Shown one piece after another: positions 19,201 to 26,468 of a stretch of 32,000 nt of DNA (its first letter is position 1; each line of letters begins with the position of its first letter). The DNA comes from Ruminococcus albus 7 = DSM 20455. GTDB taxonomy: Bacteria; Bacillota; Clostridia; Oscillospirales; Ruminococcaceae. Under the pieces are notes generated by a model that saw nothing but the letters and a program-made list of their open reading frames with translations, had not been told where the DNA came from and ran no database searches. The stretch spans positions 480,001 to 512,000 of the forward strand of contig NC_014833.1 in the NCBI RefSeq assembly GCF_000179635.2, in the 5' to 3' direction. Made by a program: the position numbers and the translations under genes.

Positions 19201-20792
19201 TGTTTATTGAATACCCGGATTACAGTCCTATATCAGCGGTAATATGGGCGATAGTCACAGCAGAACTGATATTCTACGGTATAGCCGAAAAGGACAAAGC
19301 CTATATCTATGCTCACAGTCTGACACTGCCTGTTTTGTTCCATGTGATAAGCTATATGATAGGCTCGCATTTTGGCGGCGGATATACAAACACATTTATA
19401 TTCACAATGCTGATAGCTGCAGCACTGGCGCTTTACTATATCATACCTGCGATATTCTCGGATCTGGCTGATGTGCTTTACACAGCAGCACTGTTCGGAC
19501 TGGGTGTAAAGCTGCTTTACGGTGCGGCACTTCCTTATGGCGTTATAGCTATGGCGGTGGCAGCGATATTCATGGCAATACAGGCATTCAGCAAGGATCA
19601 TTTACAATCAAAGCTCATGCGGCTTCTTCTGCCGCTGCCTGAGATTGTAACAGCCATGATGCTTTCTGATCATATCTACAGAGAATACGGTATGCACTGC
19701 AGATCGCTTTCCATGGGAATATGTGCGGCGGTGCTCTGTGCAGGTGCATTTGCACTTCAGTTCGGTGATGAGAAAGAAAACAATTACAGGCTGATGAAGA
19801 CCGTTACGGAGATCGGCTCGGGTGTATCACTTCTGATGGCATACGATCACGGGCGAGATCTTACGGCGGCACTGATAATGACTCTGGTGAGTGTAGTGCT
19901 TTTCGCAGTTATGCAGACTTCAAAGAGCAATATACATTCTGCACTGCCGGTGTTCACAATGTTCGCAGGTGCAGGTATGGCGGCACGTTCTATATGGTTC
20001 GATCCGATGCGTGAGGGTAATGCGATAGTATTGTTCTCAATTGCAATGACAGCAGTGCTGGCTGTTACATCAAAGCTTATGTTCCCTGACAGGCTGTATA
20101 AAAAAGATAATGACGGTCTGAAGCTTGACGTTGCTCATTTCGGTATAGTGTTGTGTGCGATCAGCTGTATCAAGGAGAGTATGATGTTCTCTCCGAGGGC
20201 GAGAATGTTCATAGCCCTTCTGGAACTGACAGTGTTCACAGCGAACTTTATACGCAGTGAGAGCACAGCTTCCTGCAAAAATGCGGCAATGACGACAGCG
20301 GCAGGGCTGGCGGGACTGGCACTGATCGGAAGACCTTTCATGCAGTTTGAAAACAGCACTGTGACAACCAAGATAATACTGGTTATAATCGTCCTCTTCG
20401 GTCTGGCAGTGAAGAAGATATGGGCTGATGACAAGAAGGTATCATCTGAATTCAGCCAGACAGTATTTATGGCAGCGTTCCTGCTGCTAATAGCTGACGG
20501 ACTTATGAATCAGTCACTGCTGAACTCATTAGTGGTTCTCAGTGTATCTCTGGTGCTGCTGATATATTCCTTTGTCAGAAAGACAAGACGCTGGTTCCTG
20601 GTATCAGCTGTCGCACTGCTCGGACTCACCCTTTACATAACAGGCGATTTCCTTGCGGCTGTGGCATGGTGGGCTTACCTGCTGCTGGCGGGCATAGTGC
20701 TGATAGTAGTAGCGGCGGTCACGGAGTATCTTCGTCAGCGTGCGGCAAAGAACCCGCAGGAAGAAAGATTCTTCGTAGATTGGAAATGGTAG
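16266..20792 (+). CDS. Giant (1508 aa) polytopic membrane protein of unknown function with tandem 4-TM repeat modules
   Basis: A single uninterrupted ORF with RBS AAGGGGTG. It has an N-terminal TM helix, a ~200-aa Q/P/A/E-rich linker, and then ~1250 aa of hydrophobic helices. Six units of 107-113 aa can be aligned across aa ~378..1040. Confidence 0.85.
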   Translation: MGTVLFIILWVLSPIILLPMCISYSLKRKKIERFIDQLYRESRISSKEKFELKTERETNSRTLYNMTPVQRNEGYFFKDEARNTYGQKGLQDSAGNVGYVPQPQQISAEKNTAAAQNVSAVQENTPAQTAVQAEIQPQHHHDGVDLVKHTETVQEKPTEARPVQPEQKKAAEIHQPAAVHTVPVQRTPAPMTAEEYNNRQPLPEWARPQVVQRPLHAPRPKREKKQYSSAAVLTGIGITFVVLAGIIFSTAFWVQMSDWTRVGVLAAQAALFFGMFGFTHKKLKIEGTASAVYILGSVFTTIAYLTTGYFGLFGAWFGIEGGGMLLFLAMGGLLITFFAAGAMKVFAKPVYEYVSCATIAISGTLILGQFADYFENKYAVFSLLVSAAGLLVSVLLSLRKKDGKEISKPAYLIYKFVKAVYAVMAVPCLVADIGKGEVGFGWSLAGWGVWMIYTGETLWRAIRDKSRKWLAYHAVLILAGSVGLIMTLDNYPLFALLITIFSAVGSWSYIYLEKKDMLLFKADKVHFFMRAVFIMAAIPLLFRHPYESGAQFAVILIWLVDHAAMAVHYKRQALMIPQCAAVLSLALELISRLDHIVDLYNTETLASLILIVAGIIGTMVYRYLEHKGKVKLKANAVNVLMRILLSLPAFACMIFGADDKNLIISMSLLLITELSVYAVLFRRQNELFFRFVFICITVGMLIPHDFDKFGLDDDKLFALIMFGMSLVCTAVYEILLRHDKVLFRAKQFIFCSKAFISLFGLAIVLGDFFSDSTFGWFDWVMLGSVAAETLAYAVIKKSPYLLLVHNICLAFMLAECGILIDDAPLFALMVTGLLSALSMIYFRLHDTGKLRFSAKTSIILMRGIFGYFALAILIQDFGTWRWECFGIAVIIAIEMLYYAIAKRNQGILLAHITALTYSFLMIGIYAKDFTVFALICCLVAAVGKLVHHILKVKNKLRFDVEYLVFRVNLVYILLYVVMLFIEYPDYSPISAVIWAIVTAELIFYGIAEKDKAYIYAHSLTLPVLFHVISYMIGSHFGGGYTNTFIFTMLIAAALALYYIIPAIFSDLADVLYTAALFGLGVKLLYGAALPYGVIAMAVAAIFMAIQAFSKDHLQSKLMRLLLPLPEIVTAMMLSDHIYREYGMHCRSLSMGICAAVLCAGAFALQFGDEKENNYRLMKTVTEIGSGVSLLMAYDHGRDLTAALIMTLVSVVLFAVMQTSKSNIHSALPVFTMFAGAGMAARSIWFDPMREGNAIVLFSIAMTAVLAVTSKLMFPDRLYKKDNDGLKLDVAHFGIVLCAISCIKESMMFSPRARMFIALLELTVFTANFIRSESTASCKNAAMTTAAGLAGLALIGRPFMQFENSTVTTKIILVIIVLFGLAVKKIWADDKKVSSEFSQTVFMAAFLLLIADGLMNQSLLNSLVVLSVSLVLLIYSFVRKTRRWFLVSAVALLGLTLYITGDFLAAVAWWAYLLLAGIVLIVVAAVTEYLRQRAAKNPQEERFFVDWKW

Positions 20793-20799
20793 ACATGAT

Positions 20800-20838
20800 A
20801 TATCGGAGGGCGGTCGAGCCGTTCTCCGATATTTTTTG
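20800..20838 (+). terminator. Intrinsic terminator after the giant ORF
   Basis: 9-bp stem ATATCGGAG / CTCCGATAT followed by TTTTTT. Confidence 0.85.
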
Positions 20839-20933
20839 CGATTATTGCTGTGCAGTGCTCACAAAAAGTATGTTTCAAATTTGTGCATAACGGCATTGTG
20901 TGAAGGCTTTTTGTGTAAACATCTCAAAAATAC

Positions 20934-20962
20934 TTGCAAGATGTTCGGAAATATGGTATAAT
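20934..20962 (+). promoter_or_regulatory. Sigma-A promoter (extended -10) of the PHP gene
   Basis: TTGCAA, a 17-nt spacer ending in TGg, then TATAAT. Confidence 0.65.
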
Positions 20963-21028
20963 TATTTAGTCAGTATGTATATACTGTGTTTATATAACTT
21001 ATAGGATTACGATTTGGAGGTTCATAAA

Positions 21029-21952
21029 ATGGTAGGCGATCTGCATTGTCATACGACCCTTTCGGACGGTTCACTGGGCATAGAAGAAGTTATTGCGCAG
21101 GCAAAGCGCATGGGGCTGGATTTTCTTGCCATAACCGACCATGATACGCTGTCATCCACGAGCCGTGCGCAGATACTTGGTGAACGCTACGGAGTAAATA
21201 TAATACAGGCAGTAGAGCTTTCTGCATGGGACAAGAAGCGCAACGAGAAAGTGCATATCCTTTGCTATGCGCCGCAGAAACCCAACAGGCTTGAAGGTCT
21301 TTGCCTTAAATCATGTCAGATAAGGACAGAGTGTGCGAAGGACATGATAAACAAGATCATGGAAAGGTATCCCATTCCCCGCGATGCTGTGATGAAGTAT
21401 ACCAAGGGCTCAAAGAGCATATATAAATCACATATAATGCGTGCGCTGATAAGCTACGGTTATGCCACTGAGTTTTACGGCTCAGTGAATGACAGGCTGT
21501 TCTCGTATCCCCGCGGTGAGTGCCTGGTGACAAGAGAATATCCCGATGTCAATTTCGTGCTTGATCTGATACATTCTTCAAAGGGAGTGGCTGTATTGGC
21601 ACATCCCCATATGTTCGGCAATATCCAGCTGATGAAGGAACTTACAGAAGCAGGTAAGCTTGACGGCATAGAGTGTTTCCATTTTTCGGCAACGGAAACA
21701 CAGCAGAATGCGCTTAAAAAGTATGCTGAAAAGCATGATCTGATAGTTACGGGCGGCTCGGATTTCCACGGCCTTTACAACAGCACCATGACCCATATCG
21801 GCAAGTTTACAACCGATGAGGAGAATCTGGAAAAGCTGTTCAGGCTGATACACCAGAATGCGAAGAAAGCCAAAAAAGCAGGCGAAGCCTCTGATATACA
21901 GGCTAAGGAGGATACCGCTCCTGCCGAGGAAACATCGACTGAGGAAGAATAA
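21029..21952 (+). CDS. PHP-domain metal-dependent phosphoesterase (TrpH/YciV-like)
   Basis: Has DLHCHTTLSDGS, ITDHDT, AHP and GGSDFHG motifs. ATG 21029 lies 8 nt after GGAGG and is preferred over TTG 21014. The C-terminal tail is K/E-rich. Confidence 0.85.
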   Translation: MVGDLHCHTTLSDGSLGIEEVIAQAKRMGLDFLAITDHDTLSSTSRAQILGERYGVNIIQAVELSAWDKKRNEKVHILCYAPQKPNRLEGLCLKSCQIRTECAKDMINKIMERYPIPRDAVMKYTKGSKSIYKSHIMRALISYGYATEFYGSVNDRLFSYPRGECLVTREYPDVNFVLDLIHSSKGVAVLAHPHMFGNIQLMKELTEAGKLDGIECFHFSATETQQNALKKYAEKHDLIVTGGSDFHGLYNSTMTHIGKFTTDEENLEKLFRLIHQNAKKAKKAGEASDIQAKEDTAPAEETSTEEE

Positions 21953-21960
21953 TATAAAAC

Positions 21961-21989
21961 TAAAAGGACAGCTTCGGCTGTCCTTTTTA
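21961..21989. terminator. Bidirectional intrinsic terminator
   Basis: AAAA-GGACAGC-TTCG-GCTGTCC-TTTTT lies between convergent genes. Confidence 0.85.
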
Positions 21990-21992
21990 TGT

Positions 21993-22682
21993 TCACTGAA
22001 CCTTTATTTTCACTTTTTCATCTGTCCAGAAGTCTGCGCTGTATTCCAATTCGATGTCCTTACTGTCAGCAGGTACTTCATAGTAGGTCGTAAAAGATAC
22101 TTTTCTTCCTGATGAAAGATTTGTATTTAAAAAATCATTATCGTCCGGAAGGTATTTTTGCTCACAGCTGTTATTATCCGCATAACAATCAAAATCATAT
22201 ATGCTCACATATTTGTCTGAATCATCAACGTTTTCAAATGTAAATGATACAGCAATGTACTTGTTGCCTTCGCCGGCTTTGTATAGACCGAATTCATCTT
22301 TTGCTACTTTGTAGTCATTGTTTACTGATTCAGCTGTTATACTGAGTCCTTTACATTCAAAGGTATCACCCACTTCTATTGTTTCTGCATCAGCGCCGTC
22401 TTCTGTATTTTGCGTATTGCCTGAGCCTTTTTTTACAACAGTTGCCCCATTCTTCTTATTAGATTTTCCGTTCGAGCCTGCGATTGCCGGAATTATTATA
22501 ATACCAACTATTACCAGAGAAATAATACATCCTAAAGGAGCTGATTGTTTGCGATTACATATAGGACAAACTTTTGCCTTTGCTGGGATATCACTTTGGC
22601 AGTGTTTACATTTTTTCGTTGGTATATTGGGTTGCATCATACCTGTGTCATTGGGCATAGTGTTGAAATCTTGATTTTTCAT
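21993..22682 (-). CDS. Zinc-ribbon / single-TM / DUF4352-like extracellular domain protein
   Basis: CKHC-x11-CPIC zinc ribbon, then the TM helix LGCIISLVIVGIIIIPAIAG, then a beta-rich domain with the DUF4352-like pattern (VGDTFECKGLSITAESV...KYIAVSFTFENV...DFDCYADN). RBS AAGGAGGA. Confidence 0.65.
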   Translation of the reverse strand: MKNQDFNTMPNDTGMMQPNIPTKKCKHCQSDIPAKAKVCPICNRKQSAPLGCIISLVIVGIIIIPAIAGSNGKSNKKNGATVVKKGSGNTQNTEDGADAETIEVGDTFECKGLSITAESVNNDYKVAKDEFGLYKAGEGNKYIAVSFTFENVDDSDKYVSIYDFDCYADNNSCEQKYLPDDNDFLNTNLSSGRKVSFTTYYEVPADSKDIELEYSADFWTDEKVKIKVQ

Positions 22683-22759
22683 GATTAATCCTCCTTTATC
22701 AGCGTAAGCTGTGTTGTTTTTTCGGCATAATTACAAAAAATTCGTTTGCCGTTAACTAT

Positions 22760-22788
22760 ATTATACCCTAAAAGTTATAATATGTCAA
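22760..22788 (-). promoter_or_regulatory. Consensus sigma-A promoter of the DUF4352 gene
   Basis: The minus strand reads TTGACA, a 17-nt spacer, then TATAAT. Confidence 0.7.
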
Positions 22789-22826
22789 CCCTGAAAGTTA
22801 CTTTATTTGAGAACTCTCAGGGTATA
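22762..22826. promoter_or_regulatory. Three copies of a 14-mer, likely XRE operator sites
   Basis: TATACCCTAAAAGT (22762..22775), TCAACCCTGAAAGT (22785..22798) and the inverted copy ACTCTCAGGGTATA (22813..22826, whose reverse complement is TATACCCTGAGAGT). Confidence 0.55.
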
Positions 22827-22846
22827 GTATTATAAAGGGTGATAAA

Positions 22847-23179
22847 ATGGATGAGCTTAACTACATGGAAATTGGTGCAAGGATACGTAAAAGCCGTGAA
22901 AGTCAAATGTTTACGCAGGAAAAACTCGCTGAGATGTTGGATGTGTCTGTGAAATTTATAAGTGATATCGAACTGGGCGCAAAAGGAATGTCTTTAAAGA
23001 CCTTGAATAAGCTGTCTCAAAGTCTTTTGATAACAACAGATTATATTTTGTATGGTAATGACAGTGAAGCCGAGATAGGTGAGATAATGATGCTTTTGCA
23101 GAAATGTCCCACTGAAAAACGTAAATACGCAGTTGATCTTTTGAAGGTCTATGTAAGATCGATAGATAGTAAGTGTTAA
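22847..23179 (+). CDS. XRE-family HTH transcriptional regulator
   Basis: 110 aa. IGARIRKSRESQMFTQEKLAEMLDVSVKFISDIELG is a classic HTH_3 motif. RBS AAAGGGTG. Confidence 0.8.
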   Translation: MDELNYMEIGARIRKSRESQMFTQEKLAEMLDVSVKFISDIELGAKGMSLKTLNKLSQSLLITTDYILYGNDSEAEIGEIMMLLQKCPTEKRKYAVDLLKVYVRSIDSKC

Positions 23180-23273
23180 TTGTATATTATACACTTATTT
23201 TGATCCCCGAGCGTGGCAAAATTATGACATCATCTATGTGTTGGGCGAGGGAGATGCGTGCCCGCGCGAGGGC

Positions 23274-23302
23274 TTTACTTTTGCGTGATAATGTGGTATA
23301 AT
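23274..23302 (+). promoter_or_regulatory. Sigma-A promoter (extended -10) upstream of the malic enzyme gene
   Basis: TTTACT, a 17-nt spacer ending in TGg, then TATAAT. Confidence 0.5.
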
Positions 23303-23372
23303 ATTTTCAAAGCATAATTGTTTCAGCGGCAAGGTGCCGTTATATTGAAAGTATCGAAAGGAAGTAAGTAAA

Positions 23373-24545
23373 ATGAACGTTATGGAAGAATCTTTAAAGC
23401 TTCACGAACAGTGGAAGGGCAAGATAGAGGTCATCTCAAGGGCTAAGATAAACAATGCCCGCGACCTTACACTGGCATACACCCCCGGTGTTGCTCAGCC
23501 TTGCCTTGAAATAGAGAAGGATCCCGATCTCAGCTATGTGTATACACGCCGCGCTAATCTTGTAGCTGTTATAACAGACGGTTCTGCAGTACTGGGCCTT
23601 GGCAATATTGGTCCTGAGGCAGGTATGCCTGTTATGGAAGGCAAGTGCGCTCTGTTTAAGGAATTCGCTGATGTTGATGCTTTCCCTCTCTGTGTAAGAT
23701 CTAACGATGTTGATGAGATCGTCAATACCGTTGCTATGATAGCAGGAAGCTTCGGCGGTATAAACCTTGAGGATATCGCTGCACCAAGATGCTTCGAGAT
23801 AGAGGCTAAGCTGAAAGAGCGCGTTGATATCCCTGTATTCCACGATGACCAGCATGGTACTGCTATAGTTGTAGGCGCTGCTATGCTCAATGCCTGCAAG
23901 CTGACAGGCAGAGATATCGGCAGCCTGAAAGTCGTAATGAGCGGTGCGGGCGCTGCGGGCTGTGCTATAGCTAAGTTCCTGATGAGCCTGGGCGTAAAGG
24001 ATATAATCATGCTGAACTCCAAGGGTATCATCTGCGAGGGTGACGATATCAAGAACCCTGCACAGGCTGAGATGGCAAAGATAACCAACCGTGAGCATAT
24101 CCGCGGCGGACTGGCTGATGCTATGAAGGGCGCTGACGTATTCGTAGGCGTATCCAAGCCTGATCTGGTAACTCCTGATATGGTAAAGAGCATGAACGAT
24201 AAGCCTTTCATCTTTGCTATGTCCAACCCTGTACCCGAGATAATGCCCGATGTTGCAAAGGCAGCAGGCGCATACATCGTAGGTACCGGACGTTCTGATT
24301 TCCCGAACCAGATAAACAACGTTGTTGCATTCCCCGGAATATTCAAGGGTGCACTGGCAGTACGCGCAAGCGATATAAACGAGGAGATGAAGCTGGCAGC
24401 GGCTTACGCAATAGCTTCCTGTGTTCCCGATGACAAGCTGTGTCCCGAATTTATCCTTCCCGATGCTTTTGACAGAGCAGTTCCCGTTGCAGTAGCAGAA
24501 GCTGTAGGCAAGGCTGCAAGAGAAAGCGGAGTTGCGAGGATTTAA
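23373..24545 (+). CDS. NAD(P)-dependent malic enzyme (short form, oxaloacetate-decarboxylating)
   Basis: Has [52 protein letters not shown] and SNP motifs. RBS AAGGAAG. Confidence 0.92.
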   Translation: MNVMEESLKLHEQWKGKIEVISRAKINNARDLTLAYTPGVAQPCLEIEKDPDLSYVYTRRANLVAVITDGSAVLGLGNIGPEAGMPVMEGKCALFKEFADVDAFPLCVRSNDVDEIVNTVAMIAGSFGGINLEDIAAPRCFEIEAKLKERVDIPVFHDDQHGTAIVVGAAMLNACKLTGRDIGSLKVVMSGAGAAGCAIAKFLMSLGVKDIIMLNSKGIICEGDDIKNPAQAEMAKITNREHIRGGLADAMKGADVFVGVSKPDLVTPDMVKSMNDKPFIFAMSNPVPEIMPDVAKAAGAYIVGTGRSDFPNQINNVVAFPGIFKGALAVRASDINEEMKLAAAYAIASCVPDDKLCPEFILPDAFDRAVPVAVAEAVGKAARESGVARI

Positions 24546-24548
24546 TTT

Positions 24549-25340
24549 GTGATAACATCGTGGAATGTGAATGAGTTCTGTGGGGGAGAAGAAGCTGCGA
24601 TAAATATATCGTATAAAGAAAAGTGCAACATATGGAAAGTCAATGGCAGCCGGTATATTGAAAAGATAATCTCATATCTGAATAATAAAGACGATATCGT
24701 TTTTATCAATGAGTTCAAAGGTGTCAAGAGTATAGTGAATACGTTGGAGAACAGATATGAGATAGCTTCTTATCCTATCGGTAACAACAAATTTGTCACT
24801 GCTGCTATTTTTTCTAAAGGGGCTTATAAACTATACGGAGAAAAAATACTTGATGAAGAATTTGGTTCATTCCGTAATCGTGTAATTGCTGTTCAGAGAA
24901 AAGACGACCCAACGCAGATCATATTCGGTATACACATACCTACATATGATCCGACAGATAAACACACTTCCATAGAGTTATGGAACAGTATTATAAGAGT
25001 ACACCGCAGGCTGCATGAAGATAACAGAAGTGTTATTTACATAGGTGACATAAATACTTACATACCCGGTACTGTAAATAAAAGCAAGCTGTATGAGTTT
25101 ATGTCAGAAGGGCTTGTAGACTTCTGGATTGAAACCGGGCATGATCACAATGAGCATACATCAAATTTCAATACCCGAATTGACTATGCCCTGGTAACAG
25201 GCAAGGACTTCGATAAGCTTAATAAGAAGTATGATATGACAGTGGACCATACAGTACGCGTAAACGGGCTCTCCGACCATTCCGCGATAATACTTAAAGA
25301 ACGTACACCCGAAACGAAAAAGACAGGTGAATTGAAATGA
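24549..25340 (+). CDS. Endonuclease/exonuclease/phosphatase (EEP) family protein
   Basis: Has SWNVNE, GIHIP, IGDINT, RIDYALV and LSDHSAII motifs in the canonical EEP order. The GTG start lies 3 nt after the malic-enzyme stop, with GAGGA 9 nt upstream. Its stop overlaps the nadA ATG (ATGA). Confidence 0.7.
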   Translation: MITSWNVNEFCGGEEAAINISYKEKCNIWKVNGSRYIEKIISYLNNKDDIVFINEFKGVKSIVNTLENRYEIASYPIGNNKFVTAAIFSKGAYKLYGEKILDEEFGSFRNRVIAVQRKDDPTQIIFGIHIPTYDPTDKHTSIELWNSIIRVHRRLHEDNRSVIYIGDINTYIPGTVNKSKLYEFMSEGLVDFWIETGHDHNEHTSNFNTRIDYALVTGKDFDKLNKKYDMTVDHTVRVNGLSDHSAIILKERTPETKKTGELK

Positions 25341-26269
25341 TAAGAGATATCCAGGACAAAATACTTGAACTGAAAAAGGAACACGATATCTGTATACTTG
25401 CTCACAGCTATCAGGCTGCCGAGATAGTGGAGATCGCAGATATCACAGGCGACAGCTATAAGCTGAGTGTAGAGGCTGCTAAGGTGCAGAACAGGAATAT
25501 CCTGATGTGCGGAGTGCATTTCATGGCGGAAACAGCCAAGATGCTCTCGCCTGAAAAGAATGTGTATCTTGCAAACGGCGGTGCAGGCTGTCCTATGGCT
25601 GAACAGATGGAACCTGCTATGATACGCGGGATAAAGATGGACGAGCCCGACCGTAAGGTGGTATGCTATATCAATACCACTGCCGCACTTAAAGCGGAGT
25701 GCGATGTATGTGTTACATCGTCTTCGGCTGTGAAGATAGTCAAGAATATGGATGCTGACAAGATACTGTTCATACCGGACTGCAATCTTGGCACCTTTGT
25801 AGCTAATGAATGTCCCGATAAGGATATCATGCTGTTGAAGGGCGGCTGTCCTGTACACGCATCTATTACCGTTGATGAGGTGGAGGAAGCTCGTGCAGCT
25901 CACCCGAATGCAAAGCTCCTCGTTCACCCCGAGTGTGTTCCTGCTGTTACAAAACTGGCTGACTTTGCAGGTTCTACAGCTGATATAATGAGATACGCCG
26001 CAGAAAGCAGCGAACGTGAATTCATTATAGGTACAGAAATATCCATCACTGAGCATCTGCAGTACAAATTCCCCGAGAAGAGGTTCTATAACCTTTCAAA
26101 ACGCCTTATCTGTCCCAACATGAAGCTTACTACACTCATGGACGTATATGGCAGCTGCAAGGCTATCGGCGGCGATAGCAGTTTTGATGTGACTGAGATA
26201 GTTATGAGCGATGAGCTTATAGCCAAGGCTAAAGGCTGTATCGACGAGATGATAAGACTTTCTGTATGA
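25337..26269 (+). CDS. nadA: Quinolinate synthase
   Basis: 310 aa with ILAHSYQ, DITGDSY, VHFMAETAK, the conserved cluster cysteines (GCPMA, CYINT, KGGCPVH context) and a HPEC motif. Confidence 0.92.
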   Translation: MIRDIQDKILELKKEHDICILAHSYQAAEIVEIADITGDSYKLSVEAAKVQNRNILMCGVHFMAETAKMLSPEKNVYLANGGAGCPMAEQMEPAMIRGIKMDEPDRKVVCYINTTAALKAECDVCVTSSSAVKIVKNMDADKILFIPDCNLGTFVANECPDKDIMLLKGGCPVHASITVDEVEEARAAHPNAKLLVHPECVPAVTKLADFAGSTADIMRYAAESSEREFIIGTEISITEHLQYKFPEKRFYNLSKRLICPNMKLTTLMDVYGSCKAIGGDSSFDVTEIVMSDELIAKAKGCIDEMIRLSV

Positions 26270-26281
26270 TATGCAGTCCGG

Positions 26282-26315
26282 TCGCCCACACCTTCACGGT
26301 GTGGGCGATTTTTTT
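26282..26315 (+). terminator. Intrinsic terminator after nadA
   Basis: 11-bp stem TCGCCCACACC / GGTGTGGGCGA with loop TTCAC, followed by TTTTTTT. Confidence 0.9.
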
Positions 26316-26362
26316 ACGAAAACGTTATACTTTGTAAAATTTTAATTTTTCTGGGAAAATAC

Positions 26363-26391
26363 TTGTAAAAATTCTATTTATATGGTATAAT
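26363..26391 (+). promoter_or_regulatory. Sigma-A promoter (extended -10) of the c-di-GMP gene
   Basis: TTGTAA, a 17-nt spacer ending in TGg, then TATAAT. Confidence 0.65.
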
Positions 26392-26468
26392 GCAAAGTAA
26401 GGAAATGACTGCGTAAATAATTTTGTTGACTATACACAAATATTATGCCAAAGCAACGGGGGATAACT

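Noticed and set aside
23534-24346. 270-aa and 220-aa minus-strand ORFs inside the malic enzyme gene
   Set aside because: They are antisense to a gene with canonical malic-enzyme motifs. They are Ser/Pro/Thr/Ile-rich and have no start context.
25184-26056. 290-aa minus-strand ORF inside nadA and the EEP gene
   Set aside because: It is antisense to nadA and has Cys/His/Tyr-rich shadow-frame composition.
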